The position numbers were made by a program, and so were the translations under genes. A DNA stretch of 62,385 bases, the filler included, from Dimargaris cristalligena (taxonomy: Eukaryota): NCBI GenBank assembly GCA_003614675.1. It is 8 parts of 8 records of this genome, joined end to end, with 100 filler letters (N's around TTAATTAATTAA, not from the genome) between each part and the next. Parts side by side here need not be neighbours in the genome. Positions count along the whole stretch, not along the records: positions 1 to 7,770 come from ML003389.1; positions 7,871 to 15,618 come from ML003390.1; 6 more parts are not named here. The stretch is one strand, 5' to 3'. The notes below the pieces were generated by a model. That model saw nothing but the letters and a program-made list of their open reading frames with translations, ran no database searches and was not told the origin of the DNA. This document shows, in pieces, positions 1 to 13,067 of this stretch. Numbering within the stretch: position 1 is the first letter of the stretch; each line of letters starts with the position of its first letter.

Positions 1-55
1 GCAGAGCGTCAGTCTCATAATCTGAAGGTCGGGAGTTCGAGCCTCCCAATGAGCA
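1..55 (+). tRNA. tRNA-Met(CAT), elongator type, 5'-truncated by contig start
   Basis: Anticodon arm TCAGT-CTCATAA-TCTGA (CAT at 16-18, with the U31-U39 pair typical of eukaryotic elongator tRNA-Met); T arm GGGAG-TTCGAGC-CTCCC; acceptor 3' strand AATGAGC-A; T6 run at 62-67 fits a Pol III terminator. Confidence 0.92.
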
Positions 56-356
56 CAATCATTTTTTAGGTTCTTCAGTTGTTGAATTTATTTCACCTTT
101 GTAGGTAATGTGGAAGAGTTTTGATGATTATTCAAGACTTCTGAAGTATCCAACTCGGTTCACTCAGCCTTTGCTTGAAATCTTTGACTAGCACATGACC
201 ATATAGGAACATGGGTGGGTAGGATACGACAGATTTTTAATATCACTTAAAGTTTATTCGGACGTACTAGTAAGCTGTGAGGATTTTTTTTAATATGACG
301 GGTAATAGGCGTCTTTAATTCCGAATGGCGCTTGGACTAAAGCCACTGAGTTATAT

Positions 357-2820
357 TCACTTAAGCAAGTTGTCCACGCCTGATGATTTCCGGATTAACA
401 ATGGCGATATAGTTAAAAAAGTAACATTATATAGAAATATATAGGGGTTTCAATTCGTATGTGGGCTAGGCCGGTTCATCTGTTATGATTTTTATCAGTG
501 CGGATGATGCCGGGCTAATAGTGCTAGAATTGAGGGATTCAATTAGTACTTGAGTGTAATAACGTTAGGTGGGTCGATCATTCTTACCTTCACGAATTTG
601 GGATATTGAGGGCATTTGGCCGTCATGGAACTATTAAATGCCCGAAACCAAGATGGGTTACGCATAGGGAACCGGGCAATAGAGTCGGTTAAACATACAG
701 AGACATGGTGGGGTTGAATTATGAAATAATAATTCAAAATACTAAAGATTATTGGGCAGGCAAAAAAGAATAGGCGAGACGTCAAGTTGATTCACTTACC
801 AGCTGTGCACACTTGGACACAATCGGATCATAGTTTAACGACGCCACAGCTAGGACCTTATCACCCTCTTGTTAAATGGATATGCATTTGAAAATACATA
901 GAGTATAGAAGCGAACAGTAGTAATTGGATAGTAAAGATTATTAGTCCGAAAACCTATTTAAAGTACAATAGTACGGGGATACAGTCCCATTAATGACGC
1001 ATATCCTATGACCTAGCTGTATGAAATGAGTTATACTCCTCAGGTAGAACCATCAACTTACTTGTATAGAAGGCCGCCCAGCGTTCCTCAGTCACGTCGC
1101 CGTGGATGAAAACATAATCGTAATCGGGGGCATACCCACAATAGCGTATGCTCTTCCCATATTGGACGGTCCAAAAGTATGGCACATGGCGGTAGGGTAC
1201 ACCGTCACCACCACCGCCTGTCGCCGGTTGGGGTTTTGCCGCAATGTTTGTGGCAGCGCATCGCCCCATATTCTGGGCTACATTCCAGTGTTCGATATGG
1301 ACCGCTGGGAGTTGGGGCTGAAGCCAGTACGGGTGGGTAGCAATATCACCAATGGCATAAATATCAGGCCACTGGGGTATCCGCAGGTACTGGTCCACGG
1401 CAATGGCCCCCTCATTATCGGTCAAGCGAATATCACTGGTTTGCAAAAACTCAGTATTGGGCTTCACCCCTACCGCAACCAGGACCATATCCGCGGGAAG
1501 AACCTCCCCGGATTTGAGTTGCACTCCGCCTACCCTGTCGGCCTGGATGTCGTCGGCGATTAGCCGGTCAACAGAACTGTTCATTTTAAACTCGACACCC
1601 TGCCGACGGTGCATACTCATGAGTGCGTCGCCGATTTCAAACCCTAACACTTTTTTAAGTGGGACATCGCTCACGCCAATGGCGGTGACGTGAACACCCT
1701 GCTGACAGGCTACGGATGCGTATTCTAGACCAATGAAGCTGGTACCGATAATAACCAAGTTAATTTGACTATAGGCTTTCTTCTCGTCGGTTTCGGAAGG
1801 ATCCCGGAGCTGGTACGCCCGGGACCGGAGGGCGGTGGCCAATGCTTGGGCATCGGTCAGGGTCCGCAGGGTATAAACATGGCCTAATTCCATACCGGGT
1901 ATAGCCAGGGTCCGTGGCACTCCGCCTGTGGCCAGTAGGAGGCTATCATACGGCAGTTTTTCGCCGTCGCTCTCGTCGCGTAGATCGACGTGTACAACCC
2001 TTCTGAAGGTCACCGTTTTATTCTGAGGATCGACCCCTATAACCGTTACGCCTTCGTGTACCGTTACGTCCATGGCGACTAGCTGGGCGGCGGTACGGAG
2101 TTCGATAGCGGAATGCGGGGGAGCAAACACCTTACTAAGTTTGGGGCGATCAATGGGTGCGTAGGGCTCCTGACTTAGAATTGAAATGGGACCGGTGTAG
2201 TGATGCTGGCGAAGGGCATCCGCTGCCGCCAGTCCACCCGCCCCTCCACCAACAATAACGACGCCGGGCGCAGATGGATTAGCGTTGGTGCCCTGGTCCG
2301 GGCGACCGGAACAGGTTGGGATGGAGTAGGGATGGCCCCGATTGGCTTTCAAATCCTCCTCATCGGCCTCTATGTATACCTCGTCTTGTTCGACGTGAAC
2401 GGGGAAGCTGCGCAGGGGATCGAGGGCGGGGGCATCCTCAATATCGCCCGTTTTGATATTAAAACAGGCGCCGTGCCAGGGGCAGGTCAAACACCCGGAG
2501 GCGGACAACACCCCCTTTTCCAACGGGGCTCCGTAATGGGTACAGCGCGACGAAACGGCAAAGAACCGGCCGTCGAGCTTGGCCAGTAGTACGGGATACT
2601 GGTCAGCAACGATGAATTCCCGCTTCTCGCCGTTTTTGAGTTCGCTAGTGCGACAGACGCGGTGTTTGGGTTTGGTGCTGGGGACAGTCGACATGGTGAA
2701 GGGACGTAGCGGATGTCGGGTGGTATTGGAGAGAGGGAATCCACTAGGTGGTTGGCGCCAGGGCCGTAAATGAGAGTGAATGAGGGAAAAGTAAGGCCGC
2801 CGTTGTAGTAGACGAAACAT
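357..2820 (-). CDS. AIF-like (AIFM3 type) Rieske [2Fe-2S] plus FAD-dependent pyridine nucleotide-disulfide oxidoreductase
   Basis: Rieske motifs CTHYG and CPWHG; FAD motif VVIVGGGAGG; NADH motif VIIGTSFIG; YAIGDIA; VPYFWT. Predicted exons 2820-1062, 867-800, 630-588 and 379-357, all GT-AG, give ...KGDKVLAVASLNYDP...FHDGQMPS...GVDNLLK*. The last exon is the least certain. Confidence 0.9.
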
Positions 2821-4966
2821 ACGGCGGGGAAAGCAAGAGTAGAAAATAAAAATAAAGGAGGTGGTGGATAGTTGGGTCTATAGAATGGGCAGGTTTCGAG
2901 AAGGTTTCTTATCGTCTTGTGCCTGAGTTGAACAAAAGGAGTGAGAAGGTGAGGACTATTGCACTTTGTGACGGCCTTTGGGATCCTATAAACCGGTATT
3001 GGTCTTTGATTGGCCCAGGTGAAACCCCCACTTCTGGGACCAATAGTCGCCCTCCAAAGCTCATGCTTCAAACTAAGCCTTCTTGTCACTGCAATTGGGG
3101 GTAATATGCAGGACTACCTCTCTCCTTATCCATGTAACTACGCAAGTAACCCAAAACCCGGTTTAAAGGCCAGTTTTATTACTGCCGTTTCATGAAATAG
3201 TCCGCTCAGGAACAACCTGATAGTGTAATAATACAGGCACTAGTAAATGTGATGAGATAAAGGAGACCACATCTATATTTTCTCTTTAGATAAGATTGTA
3301 GGGTATATATAGGAAAGGCCCGATCCACCCATATAACATAAAATATATTTGAAGCAATTTATTTTCCAAAACTAATCCAGTTGGTGTGAAAGGTCAGTTA
3401 TATATTTAACTAGACTGACACTGCCTATATCTGGAGTATACCATGTAATCACTCAATAGTGCATCGTCGAACCCCCCTCTCCTTTCCCCCTCTTCTGTGA
3501 CGGAAACACTGCCGCAACTATTTTGAAATACCGGTTATGAGAATGATATAGCTCGTCCAGCATGCATCATCACTCTCTGGAAATATCCCCAGTATATGTA
3601 AAATTGCTGATGATTGTGGAACTGTTATTGTGTATGGGCTACCAGAACATGCCCAGATGGCACTCGTGTAGCTCCCCCCTCCCTACCTATACTAAACGTC
3701 CCCATTTCTTATGACGTCACTGAGAATTCGAGAGTAGTAAACATGGGGGGGATAAAACCTAGCCTCTTCTAATAATTGCAGATTTCTATTCAGAAAGCGT
3801 CAGGATAGCCCACCAGTAAGTTTGTAGATGGCGTGGCTGAGCAGATAATAATGCCTGGTATAGATAGGCCCAAGGTCGCCCCAGCCACATAGAGAAAAGA
3901 ACCAGCCAACACATACCGAATGGTGGAGGCTACTCGTGATTAAAATTGGGCGGGTGCTTAGTAGACACGCAGTGTTGCCTGGATCCACTATAGAAGTCGG
4001 CGGGTTAAGGATACGGCGGTGCTGCTGCCCATACCGCGCCCGCCAGCTAGGTCGCAGTAGTAGTGCCAATGGCGAATAAGGCCCACTAATTACTGGTGTA
4101 TTTTACTTGGCGGACTGCAGGGCCCTGGACTCTATGGTCCCTGTCCCTTCCAGGCTGTGAAGGCGACGCCCCCCTCCTGGTGGAGCGTGCAACAGGGGTA
4201 TGGTCGGGCCTTGTGGTGTGTTCACTTCCAGACCCCAGGGACATTGCACAGTCCCTCCATCTCTACGTCAACAAACTGCTTTAACTGGTTGCCTGGAATA
4301 ATGGCTGGTTCATTTGGCGGCCACGGCCCTGCCCATTCAGCAGGGGGAACTCGGTGAAGAGTAACTGAGCAACGAGGAAGGAGTGACGTGGGGCTCTCCT
4401 CAACCCATGAAGTGTATATATCACATACCCATGCCATGATGTCCCCCCCATTCATGGATGAGAGAATAAATAGCAGTGCTTTCGGTGCCGCTGTTCATGC
4501 TCCCCTGACTATAATCATATCTCCTACTACTCTCCTGACTATAATAAGTATATATATACTGCCATACTGGCAAAGCCCCTCCTCTCCTAGCCCTCCAATA
4601 TCTACAATCCACGCCCTTCTGTTCTAAAAGCTCTTCTTTTCGCCAAGAAGGAACGTACTAATTACTAGCCCGATTTTCACACAACCCACACTCCACACTA
4701 CCGCACACATTACAAACAAGTTTTTTTATATTACTACAAGCCATTATTATTATTATTATTGTCGTTAATTTCGTTATTTGGATAGCCGTGTCCCCAGTTC
4801 ATTGAGTTGAAAGCGCCGTGTCCTTTGCCCAACCCATATTCTTTATATTTGACGGTACTCCCACCCGTTCGTTACTTGCCAGGCCATTCTATATTTTCGC
4901 CTACTTATTGAGATACTGCCAACCCTCGTTATATCGTTACTTTTTTTGACTGTCTCGATTTACGCC

Positions 4967-6313
4967 ATGTCCTCCCGCATCCATACCTCGTTGGACCACC
5001 CCACTGCCATTGGCAGTGCCCACCGCCATGATAGCGGCCACCACCATACTGGGCTACGCTCATGGTGGCATGACAAGCGCCGGCGGTACTCCAGGACTGA
5101 ACCCGCCGCCAGTGAGCCTTCCTCCGCCTATGACCCTTGTAAGTTGGAGTTACTCGACCCCTTTTCCCTTCATAGCTTTGCATACTACTAAAAGTTGCCC
5201 ATATTCTCCCATGGACAAAGACGAATACGATAGCGGAAAAGGGAAAAAATAGCCCTGGGCACCTCTCCCTTCCCGCCCCTATTCTTCTTGCCCTTTTAGT
5301 TCGGCTAGTGCAACGAAGTTTACAACAGAAAATCCCTATTGTAAAGAACTGTCCACTCACCAACTGACACACATGCACGCACTCTATCTCTTTCCACTTT
5401 TCTGCATTTACCTCTCAATTCCTTGAACGCCTCATGCGCTTTTGGCCATCCTACCCACTTATCCAATCCACCTGCCATTGGCCGTTCGTCGACGCCGTCT
5501 CCCTCTTTTTCTTGCCACCCCTCCTCCTACCACACCTGGTTTTATTTTTATATTTAATACCCTCCAATGCTAACATCTTGGTTCAACTGGCACCTTCTAT
5601 CCCCCCCTCCAGTAACGACCCCTCGGATACCCACCCGTGACAATTCCATTCCCGGCCAACCTTTGGGCTATCAGCAACCAGCTCGCCACCACTCCAGCGC
5701 CTTAGGAACTGACACCATTACACCGTCCAACTACAGCAGCAATGGCTCTACCAAAATGACCGATTCCGGAAAAGAGGACGATGCCATTCCTACTACTAGT
5801 GGTGGTCTACTGCATCCGTCTGACGAGCCCAGTGGCGACGTCACATTACCCACCCGTCGGCGTAGTCTGTTCAGTTTCCGTCGACACCACCCCCGCACGC
5901 GACGGGTGGTGAGTACGCCCGGTGATACTACAAATTCTGGTCATGGTAGCGATAGAGCGGCGGCGGAGGTCCCCCCGGAACACCAAACCCAACACCACCA
6001 CCAGTCCCTGTCACCATCACAACAACCAGCCCGGTCACCATCCACCTCCATCCCTGCCTACCAGGGCCGTAATACTAATCGTAGACCCCATGCTAACCAG
6101 TTGTTCAACAACGGTAATAACAATCCCGCCGCCGGAAGTAACGGCCGTGACGATCCATTCGCTGACTCGGAACAGCTACTCGCCGATCGGGGGGAACGCC
6201 TAGCTGATACCCAGGCCCATACGGCTAAAATGCGCAAAGCGAGCGCCAATTTCTACGATTCTATCAAGGCGTATAATGACCGAAATGCTAATAAGAAATG
6301 GTACCAGATTTAA
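4967..6313 (+). CDS. Low-complexity protein with C-terminal tomosyn-like R-SNARE motif and no transmembrane anchor
   Basis: Exon 1 4967-5138 (GTAAGT donor) splices in frame to exon 2 5613-6313 (CCAG acceptor). The C-terminus LADRGERLADTQAHTAKMRKASANF...KKWYQI resembles the tomosyn C-terminus (LDERGQKL...KKWYQF). Confidence 0.75.
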
Positions 6314-6969
6314 GAGATTTAATAGATAAAAGTTTTGATTGTAGGATCTAGATCGGAATATAACTCACCCAAACCCCACGCACACACTTTTGGGTTGGTC
6401 GACCCTCACCCACCCTCTCAATTCCTGTTAACTTTTACATACTTCCTTTGTTAGCCCCGCCCAATATTTTCAACGGCTGGCCGTTATTTAATAGTTGTAC
6501 AAATATATATAGGCTTCTATCTCCACCTTCGTGAGTTGTGGCCATTGCCAAACGATTAAAAAAGGTTGGCATTTTTTATTTGATTTACGTAAATTATATG
6601 TAAGTTCAGTCCAGCCATACAGTAAAAAGTCCATTTGATTGCAACTGTCAGACTGAGGAACCCCTTGAGATCCGACCACATCACGTGACTCCCCCCTCAG
6701 GATCCTAGGCCCAACGCAACGCGAACGATAGCTGACTCGACCAAACTGAAGAGGCAGATCTAGAATGTATAAAATCAACCAGATCAACCAGAAGACCGGG
6801 TTCATCATATTACAATAAAATCATAATTTATACTTTACTAGTTAGTTGGTTAGCATACTCTTCCCCCCCCCATGGACTCTACCTATAGTAAATATTTCCC
6901 TAGTCCAACTTGGCCCATTTCACTTATATGATAAGGCATGCCTTATCAATTAAATATAAATATACTGCC

Positions 6970-7550
6970 TATCAGACTATCTAATCTACCCTAATCCCAA
7001 CATGTTAGCACCCATCCTTATTAGGCCTTATAGTACCATATTAACCTTCCCAGGGCTACCCCTGGTACTATGGGATCCTCCTTTATCATATAACCCTTCC
7101 CCTTTGGGAATCTGTCTCTTCACACTAATTACTCAAGTGCTGATCTGAAGACTCTTCCAGTTACCATCAGAGCCTTCCAGGTCCTAATGGTCATCTGGCT
7201 GGCCCATTCTACCATATCTTAGTCAGTAGTATTCTTCCCCTGGGGCCTCCCTCTGGAGTTGCCCCTGTATATATATAACCAGGCCCCATTGGGACCAGTT
7301 AGATTCTGGAGCTTATTCTTACCCCCTGGTTTACCCTAATAAACCCTATATATACTTACCACCCTTGTATTGACTAATAAGTGTGTTCACTGCATGTCCT
7401 TTGCCTGTACCTGCATTTTGTAGCCTTTATTAGTTAGTACTATGCCCTCCACCTAATACTAGGACCTGCTTAGCTGAGCCTGAGCCCTGTCTACTGTTAG
7501 AAGCCTATCCTCAGGACTCAATAGACTAAGAGTGGTTAACCTGGGTAACA
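6970..7550 (+). mobile_element. LTR family A copy (solo-like, no TSD seen)
   Basis: Alignable by eye to 16730-17672 and 61719-62303; ends TATCAGAC...GGTAACA; I found no CpG in it. Confidence 0.85.
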
Positions 7551-7770
7551 GTCAGTAAAGACAAAGTAAAGAGAAGCCCACTCAAAGATGATATCAAGTA
7601 GTGATAGTATAATAATGTAATAGTCGATAATCTGTTTTTCAAAAAGAAGCCACACATAAATAGTGGGATAAACATAATTAATTACACAAGGAGGCAAATT
7701 AGAGGGTATATATTATCAACCGTAATGTCACACTTCTTCTCTCCCTCCCAGGGGAACAACAGGTAAGAAC

Positions 7771-7870
7771 NNNNNNNNNNNNNNNNNNNNNNNNNNNNNN
7801 NNNNNNNNNNNNNNTTAATTAATTAANNNNNNNNNNNNNNNNNNNNNNNNNNNNNNNNNNNNNNNNNNNN
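7771..7870. other. Artificial contig spacer (also at 15619-15718, 23459-23558, 31295-31394, 39111-39210, 46893-46992, 54643-54742)
   Basis: N runs flanking TTAATTAATTAA (stops in all six frames); contig lengths decrease monotonically. Confidence 0.99.
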
Positions 7871-10000
7871 ATACTTCCGATAAGTGCGAAAAATAGATAA
7901 AAAATAAAAGTAGGTAAAAAATGTGGTAAGTTCACCACACCTACACTGTGGCATACACAAAAGCTAATAAAAATATTATTCATTCCTTTATACTCACAGA
8001 TTGCATTAAAAAGCCTGCTGTTTTTTCCTTGCTTCTAAAAGTCTGACCTATTTTTCAGTGGTTCCTGGTTATTCCATCTTGTTCCATTTCTTGACCTTTC
8101 TCTACATCCTTTTTCTTTCACCTAGTGGCCCCTAAGGCCCTCGGGATAGCTACATAAGTAACCAGTGAATTCCCGCTTATTTGAAAAATCAATCATCACT
8201 CATTTTATTTCAAACTCAAATTCCATGATTCCTTGAACTCAGTCCTGATTTTTTTATTGATTATTTCTTATTGTTTAATACTACTGTTTCTTATATTTAT
8301 TTTCAATAAAACTCTTGTGTCACTCGTTATATCCTCCCCCCATTCTCCATCTAATCCACTGACCACCCATCCCCTCTGAAAACCCACCATGTCAATGTCC
8401 CATTCTGCCCTAGTCTCATCCCACTCCGTGAACCTCCCATCTTCTGCCACCAGGGAGCTGGCCGCTATGACTTCAGGCCATGTTAATAAGGAGGCCACTG
8501 CCTCCTTGCAAATCCTGAAGGCTATTAATAATAGGCCAGACATCCCAGGTAGTACACAATTCCCAGTTTGGCTACTCATCCCTTCTAACAATGTCTTCAC
8601 ACCAGCTACTTCCCTCGCCCTGTGGATATTTGCATATCACACTCCCTTATATGTATTCTTTATATATGTTAACTAGACATTGTAATGCCTATCAATCAGC
8701 TTACCCATGCAATGTCTCTCTCTGCTCTATTACATCTATTAGTGACATCTTCTTCCAATTTGCAACCACTAAGCACAAGATGGCCAATCTTCTATCTATA
8801 TATCAATTCACTCCCCATATGGCCACTGACTTGCAATTCCCAGACATGTTTGAGGCACAAGGAATGGGAAATGGAGGCCAATGCCAAGAGTGGGCAGAGT
8901 GAATTAATGGGTGAAGGAGGTGTAAATATAGTGTAGAAGTACACTGGGCCTAATTTAACTATGGAGCAACAATTTTAGTAGTGGGTAGCTAGCTATGGAT
9001 GGCATAATAAGGTAGTTATTTTTAATGTTCGTAATATTAAAACTTTTATACCAATCATTTAAATCCATGGAAAGTGAGGTGTTCAGTCATATGGAATATT
9101 ACACCACAAAAAATTGAAGTGAGGGCTACTAGGTTTGAGCCATTGTGTAAATTAGTAAAACATACCCTATTTTCCCAAAAAATACCATGCATAACTGAAA
9201 GCCCATTGGCTCATTAGTGGAGTAAATGTGAGTTAAATATTGTGCTGGTGATTTGAGGTACCTCCATTCTGAGATCAGAGTTGGGGTTGGATATCCCACT
9301 CCCTTCTGGACTGGAAGGTTCACCAGATGTTAGTTTCGAGGGGCCAGTACCTGGATGTAATATGGAGAACTCAGGAAATGTTCCACATAAATTGATCCTA
9401 AACTCCTGTCATCAGAGTTAGGTACTGGAGGAGCTATGGTGGCTACATGCTGAAAATAAGAAAATGAAAAATTTGACTTCTGGTTGAAGTCCTCAGCTGA
9501 TGTTGGGTAAAACACTAAGTAAAGTTAAAATAGATATTTATTCTGAATAATAAAAACTCATCTCAAAGATAACTTATATCATTTTAAGGGCTGGCTGGGA
9601 GACTATAAATAAGAAAATTTGACATTACAGCCTTAAGACTATACTATGCCCTTTTGGACATTGTCCTCAAACAAACTGACAACCATAAAACCATGAAGGG
9701 AGAAAACTGGTTGGGTCCTTAAGCTTAAACAATGTACAAAAAAAAGGAAAAGAAATATGGAAAATGGAAAATGGAAAACAAAAGTGCCTCAGATCCTCTG
9801 GGGCATTCATAGAAATAAGATATAAATAAGGAAAACTTTTACATCACTCCCTTATTCTAATGTGAAGGCTTTTCCCACTGACTTATCTGGAGTCATATAA
9901 CTGACAAAATTAGAAGTGGTTAGTAGGTTAGTTGAAAGTGGAAGTGATTAGGCCCAAACATGGATCAGCAAAATGGAGGTCTTCCAAGTGCTTGCTCAAA
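7871..10000. repeat. CpG-poor, ORF-less region, probably decayed repeat sequence
   Basis: Sparse CpG like the LTR copies, only short non-protein-like ORFs, located at a contig edge. Family not recognised. Confidence 0.3.
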
Positions 10001-11339
10001 GGGTGTAACTGTGAATATTGAATGCGCAGTCATTATGTGGCGAGGGAATACTACTAAGTTGTCTCATGGGAAGGGAAATTCGTCTGAGCTTATGGCAGTA
10101 CATTAAAGGGCTCCGGCCATTTTGGCTGTATAGCACTGTGGCCAAGGACTGTATTATGAATATTTTCGGCAGCTTTGGGATGAGTTGGGGAGATGGGGTA
10201 GGGAGGACACATGTATTTTGGGGGGCGGGGGACTGGATGGAGAAAATACCATGACAAAAAAAGGGGGGCTAAACGGTCTAATATCCATCTGGGACTAGAG
10301 GAAAATGCCCCATCCCCTCCCTTTCCCCATATTAAATGAAACAAAACAGTCGCCTAAGTCGAATGCGCTGAAAACAATGGACTGGAACGGGCCAGAGACA
10401 AAGGAAACCCTTCAGTTATGCCTTGCGGATTGGTATTCAAGCGGGCCCACAAGTCTGCTATTTCTCTGTTACACAGCAACAATAATCGGGTAACTGTCTT
10501 TAGCCCTCCTTCTGCCTCTCCCACCTCCCCGCCTTCCCTATTGTTATTGCGTACGTTAGTGCTAAATAAAACAGCCAAACGGCACCCTTTGGGGGCTGCC
10601 TACCGGCCGACTAGACTTTCGACTGGAGTATCCTATTAACTCGACATACCCTTGCCTCTGTGCTAGTTGTACAGTAGCGGCCCTACCTATAGGTCTTCTC
10701 ATTAACGGGCACTGGCATAGTCATCCAGGATATACCCTGAAGATATATCTGCTATAAATGTTAAAGAAGCTAAAATGCATGGATTTTAACTAACGGGCCT
10801 GTGTTGGCACATTCCACCTAGTAGTGGCTCAAGGGATCCACACCCTCAACGGCTGGTTTAATGGCCAGTCCCGCCTTCCAAAGTATGGCTTTTTCAATTG
10901 GGCAAATTCGAGGCATGGGTTTGATTTGCACAGCCTGGTGTCCTTTGTTCTAACCCATGCTAGGGATAGATAATCAAGGGTGGGTATGAATCTAGTCGAC
11001 GAAAAGGAAGAGATGGATCGACGATTGGCAAAAAGGAACATTGTATTTGGATTGCTTGAACTTTGGGGGGGGGGGTTGGCTTAAAGCGTACAGAGTGGAC
11101 GAGGTAAAGCGCTCTATACTACAATCAAACTCAATGATTTTCCCTTCAAGTTGAAGTCACAAAGCTATACTAGCCTGTATAGATGGGAGGAAGGGGAGGG
11201 AGTTCAGGCGGCCCATTTGGCCCAGATATTGCTTTTGAACCAGATCCCTATAGATCGAATCAATAACGAAACCCACTTTGGGTGAAGGTGAAATGGCCAG
11301 ACTCGCACTTTACTATTCATTAATATCCCGTCCGACGGG

Positions 11340-11346
11340 TATAAAA
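11340..11346 (+). promoter_or_regulatory. Putative TATA box
   Basis: TATAAAA about 150 bp upstream of the ATG at 11494. Confidence 0.45.
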
Positions 11347-11493
11347 GCCCGCCACTTCTCCACCCTTCTGATACTGACTACCTCACATATTCACTTCTAT
11401 ACGACAGCAACTATTCATCAATACTATTGCTTATCATATAGCCTTTTGTTTGCCTACACCTATCCCTTCAACGCCCCAGAGTCACGGTCTACC

Positions 11494-11802
11494 ATGCAAC
11501 TGCCCTCACACACCAAAACCCTTCTTATCGCGGCGGCCACTTTCGGTACAGTAGCCCATGCTCACCCTGCCAGCGGCCATTCCGGTTCTGCTGAGTTGTC
11601 TTCTGCCTCGTCCCCTCTAGTACGCCGTACGGCTCCCAACCCCCCAGCCCTTTTTCGTCGTACTCCTAAAGGGGGAAGAGGAGGAGGTAGAACGGGTGGA
11701 TTTATGGGTGCATCCGGCGGCGGAACTGGTTCTGACGGAAGCTTGTGGGCCAGTTTCAAAAACTGGATTAGCGGTAACAAGGACAAGCCTGCGACTCCCT
11801 AG
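11494..11802 (+). CDS. Small secreted Gly-rich propeptide (102 aa)
   Basis: ACCATG start; signal peptide MQLPSHTKTLLIAAATFGTVAHA; dibasic sites LVRR and LFRR; Gly-rich segment followed by SLWASFKNWI. Confidence 0.75.
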   Translation: MQLPSHTKTLLIAAATFGTVAHAHPASGHSGSAELSSASSPLVRRTAPNPPALFRRTPKGGRGGGRTGGFMGASGGGTGSDGSLWASFKNWISGNKDKPATP

Positions 11803-13067
11803 GATGCTACGCTAATTACTAAACATTCGCTATAACTTGAAACGGACTAGTTGTCTTCGACCCTTTCATTTGTGTTAATTCACATTCCCCCTCGCGGACT
11901 ATCCAATGGCCCAATTTTTTTTGTAACTCTCGACGGTACAGTATTCTCCTAACTGTGCCATTTATATATATTTTAAACCCAATCCATTGGACGGTTGGCT
12001 CAGTAAACATATTCTTATATGTCAATATTTAACATGAGGGTACTAGTGGGGCGCTGGTGTGAAGATTCGCTACTAAATTATGGGCTTAACTTAGGAAAGT
12101 GCAATTAGTATGGTGTTGAATTCTCGGTTACTGAATTAAGCCAGTCTGCTGGCCTTTAATTAAGTCTCTATAATGGCCGCTATACTTAACCACACCCACA
12201 CTAGTAAACAGCCCCTAGAGGTTGCAAGTTGGTTTACATTGGTAATGTTATAAAAGCTATAGTGCTAACTTTACCTTTGTAGCTCCTCACCACCTATTTT
12301 CGTGAATCAGACGGAACACGGTGTTAACAGTCCCATTCGACTACAACTGATAAACCGATATTTAATCCAAATTTATATGCGAGAACTGTGTTGAGTTTGA
12401 AAAAGCGTAAGCCGCTGCCAACGGAAATACGCGTAGGCTATTTATTTATACGCGGGAAGTCTGCTCCTAAGATAGTGGCTAACTAGGCCAAATTGGCCCC
12501 ATCATTAAAAAAATACATCTGCTTCTTTCTAAGGCCCTAAATTAGCTAATCCCTCCATTTGTAGGGCAAGTTAAGGATACCCAAGGTATGCCTTTTGGAT
12601 ATTGGGCCGCTATTTTATAATCTCCCTTTGAACACACTCCATGTATAGTTTCCTAATGGCCTGTGTTAAACCATTGCAGAAATATCACGTGACAAATGTG
12701 GAAGATAGTATGGCTTTTGTAAAGAGTGAAACAGATATTAATTCAGCTCACTTCCTTCTATTCTTCCATTCCACTACTACTTGGCCCTGTTTTAAAAAGA
12801 AAAAAAAATGAATAATATATATCCTGGTAGCCTACCGACCCTACTACTGTTCGTATTACGAGCCATTTGGTATTGGATACCAGTCTCGGCACTTTTCTAA
12901 TTCCTTCTGCCCAATCTACTTATGTTTGAGGAGCTTTCCCCCTAACCGTCTTTTCCCGGCACATTGCCTCGCTATCCATTGTCTTTATATATCGCCTAGC
13001 TTCTCTAAAATATTACACCTCCTCCCCCAGTAGCTCTTATTTATATATATATATTCTCTCGTTCACA

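Noticed and set aside
1102-2589. Antisense ORFs over the AIF-like gene (similar ones over INTS11, NOC4, the 3D gene and contig 7 genes)
   Set aside because: Shadow ORFs expected opposite GC-rich coding sequence; no recognisable motifs.
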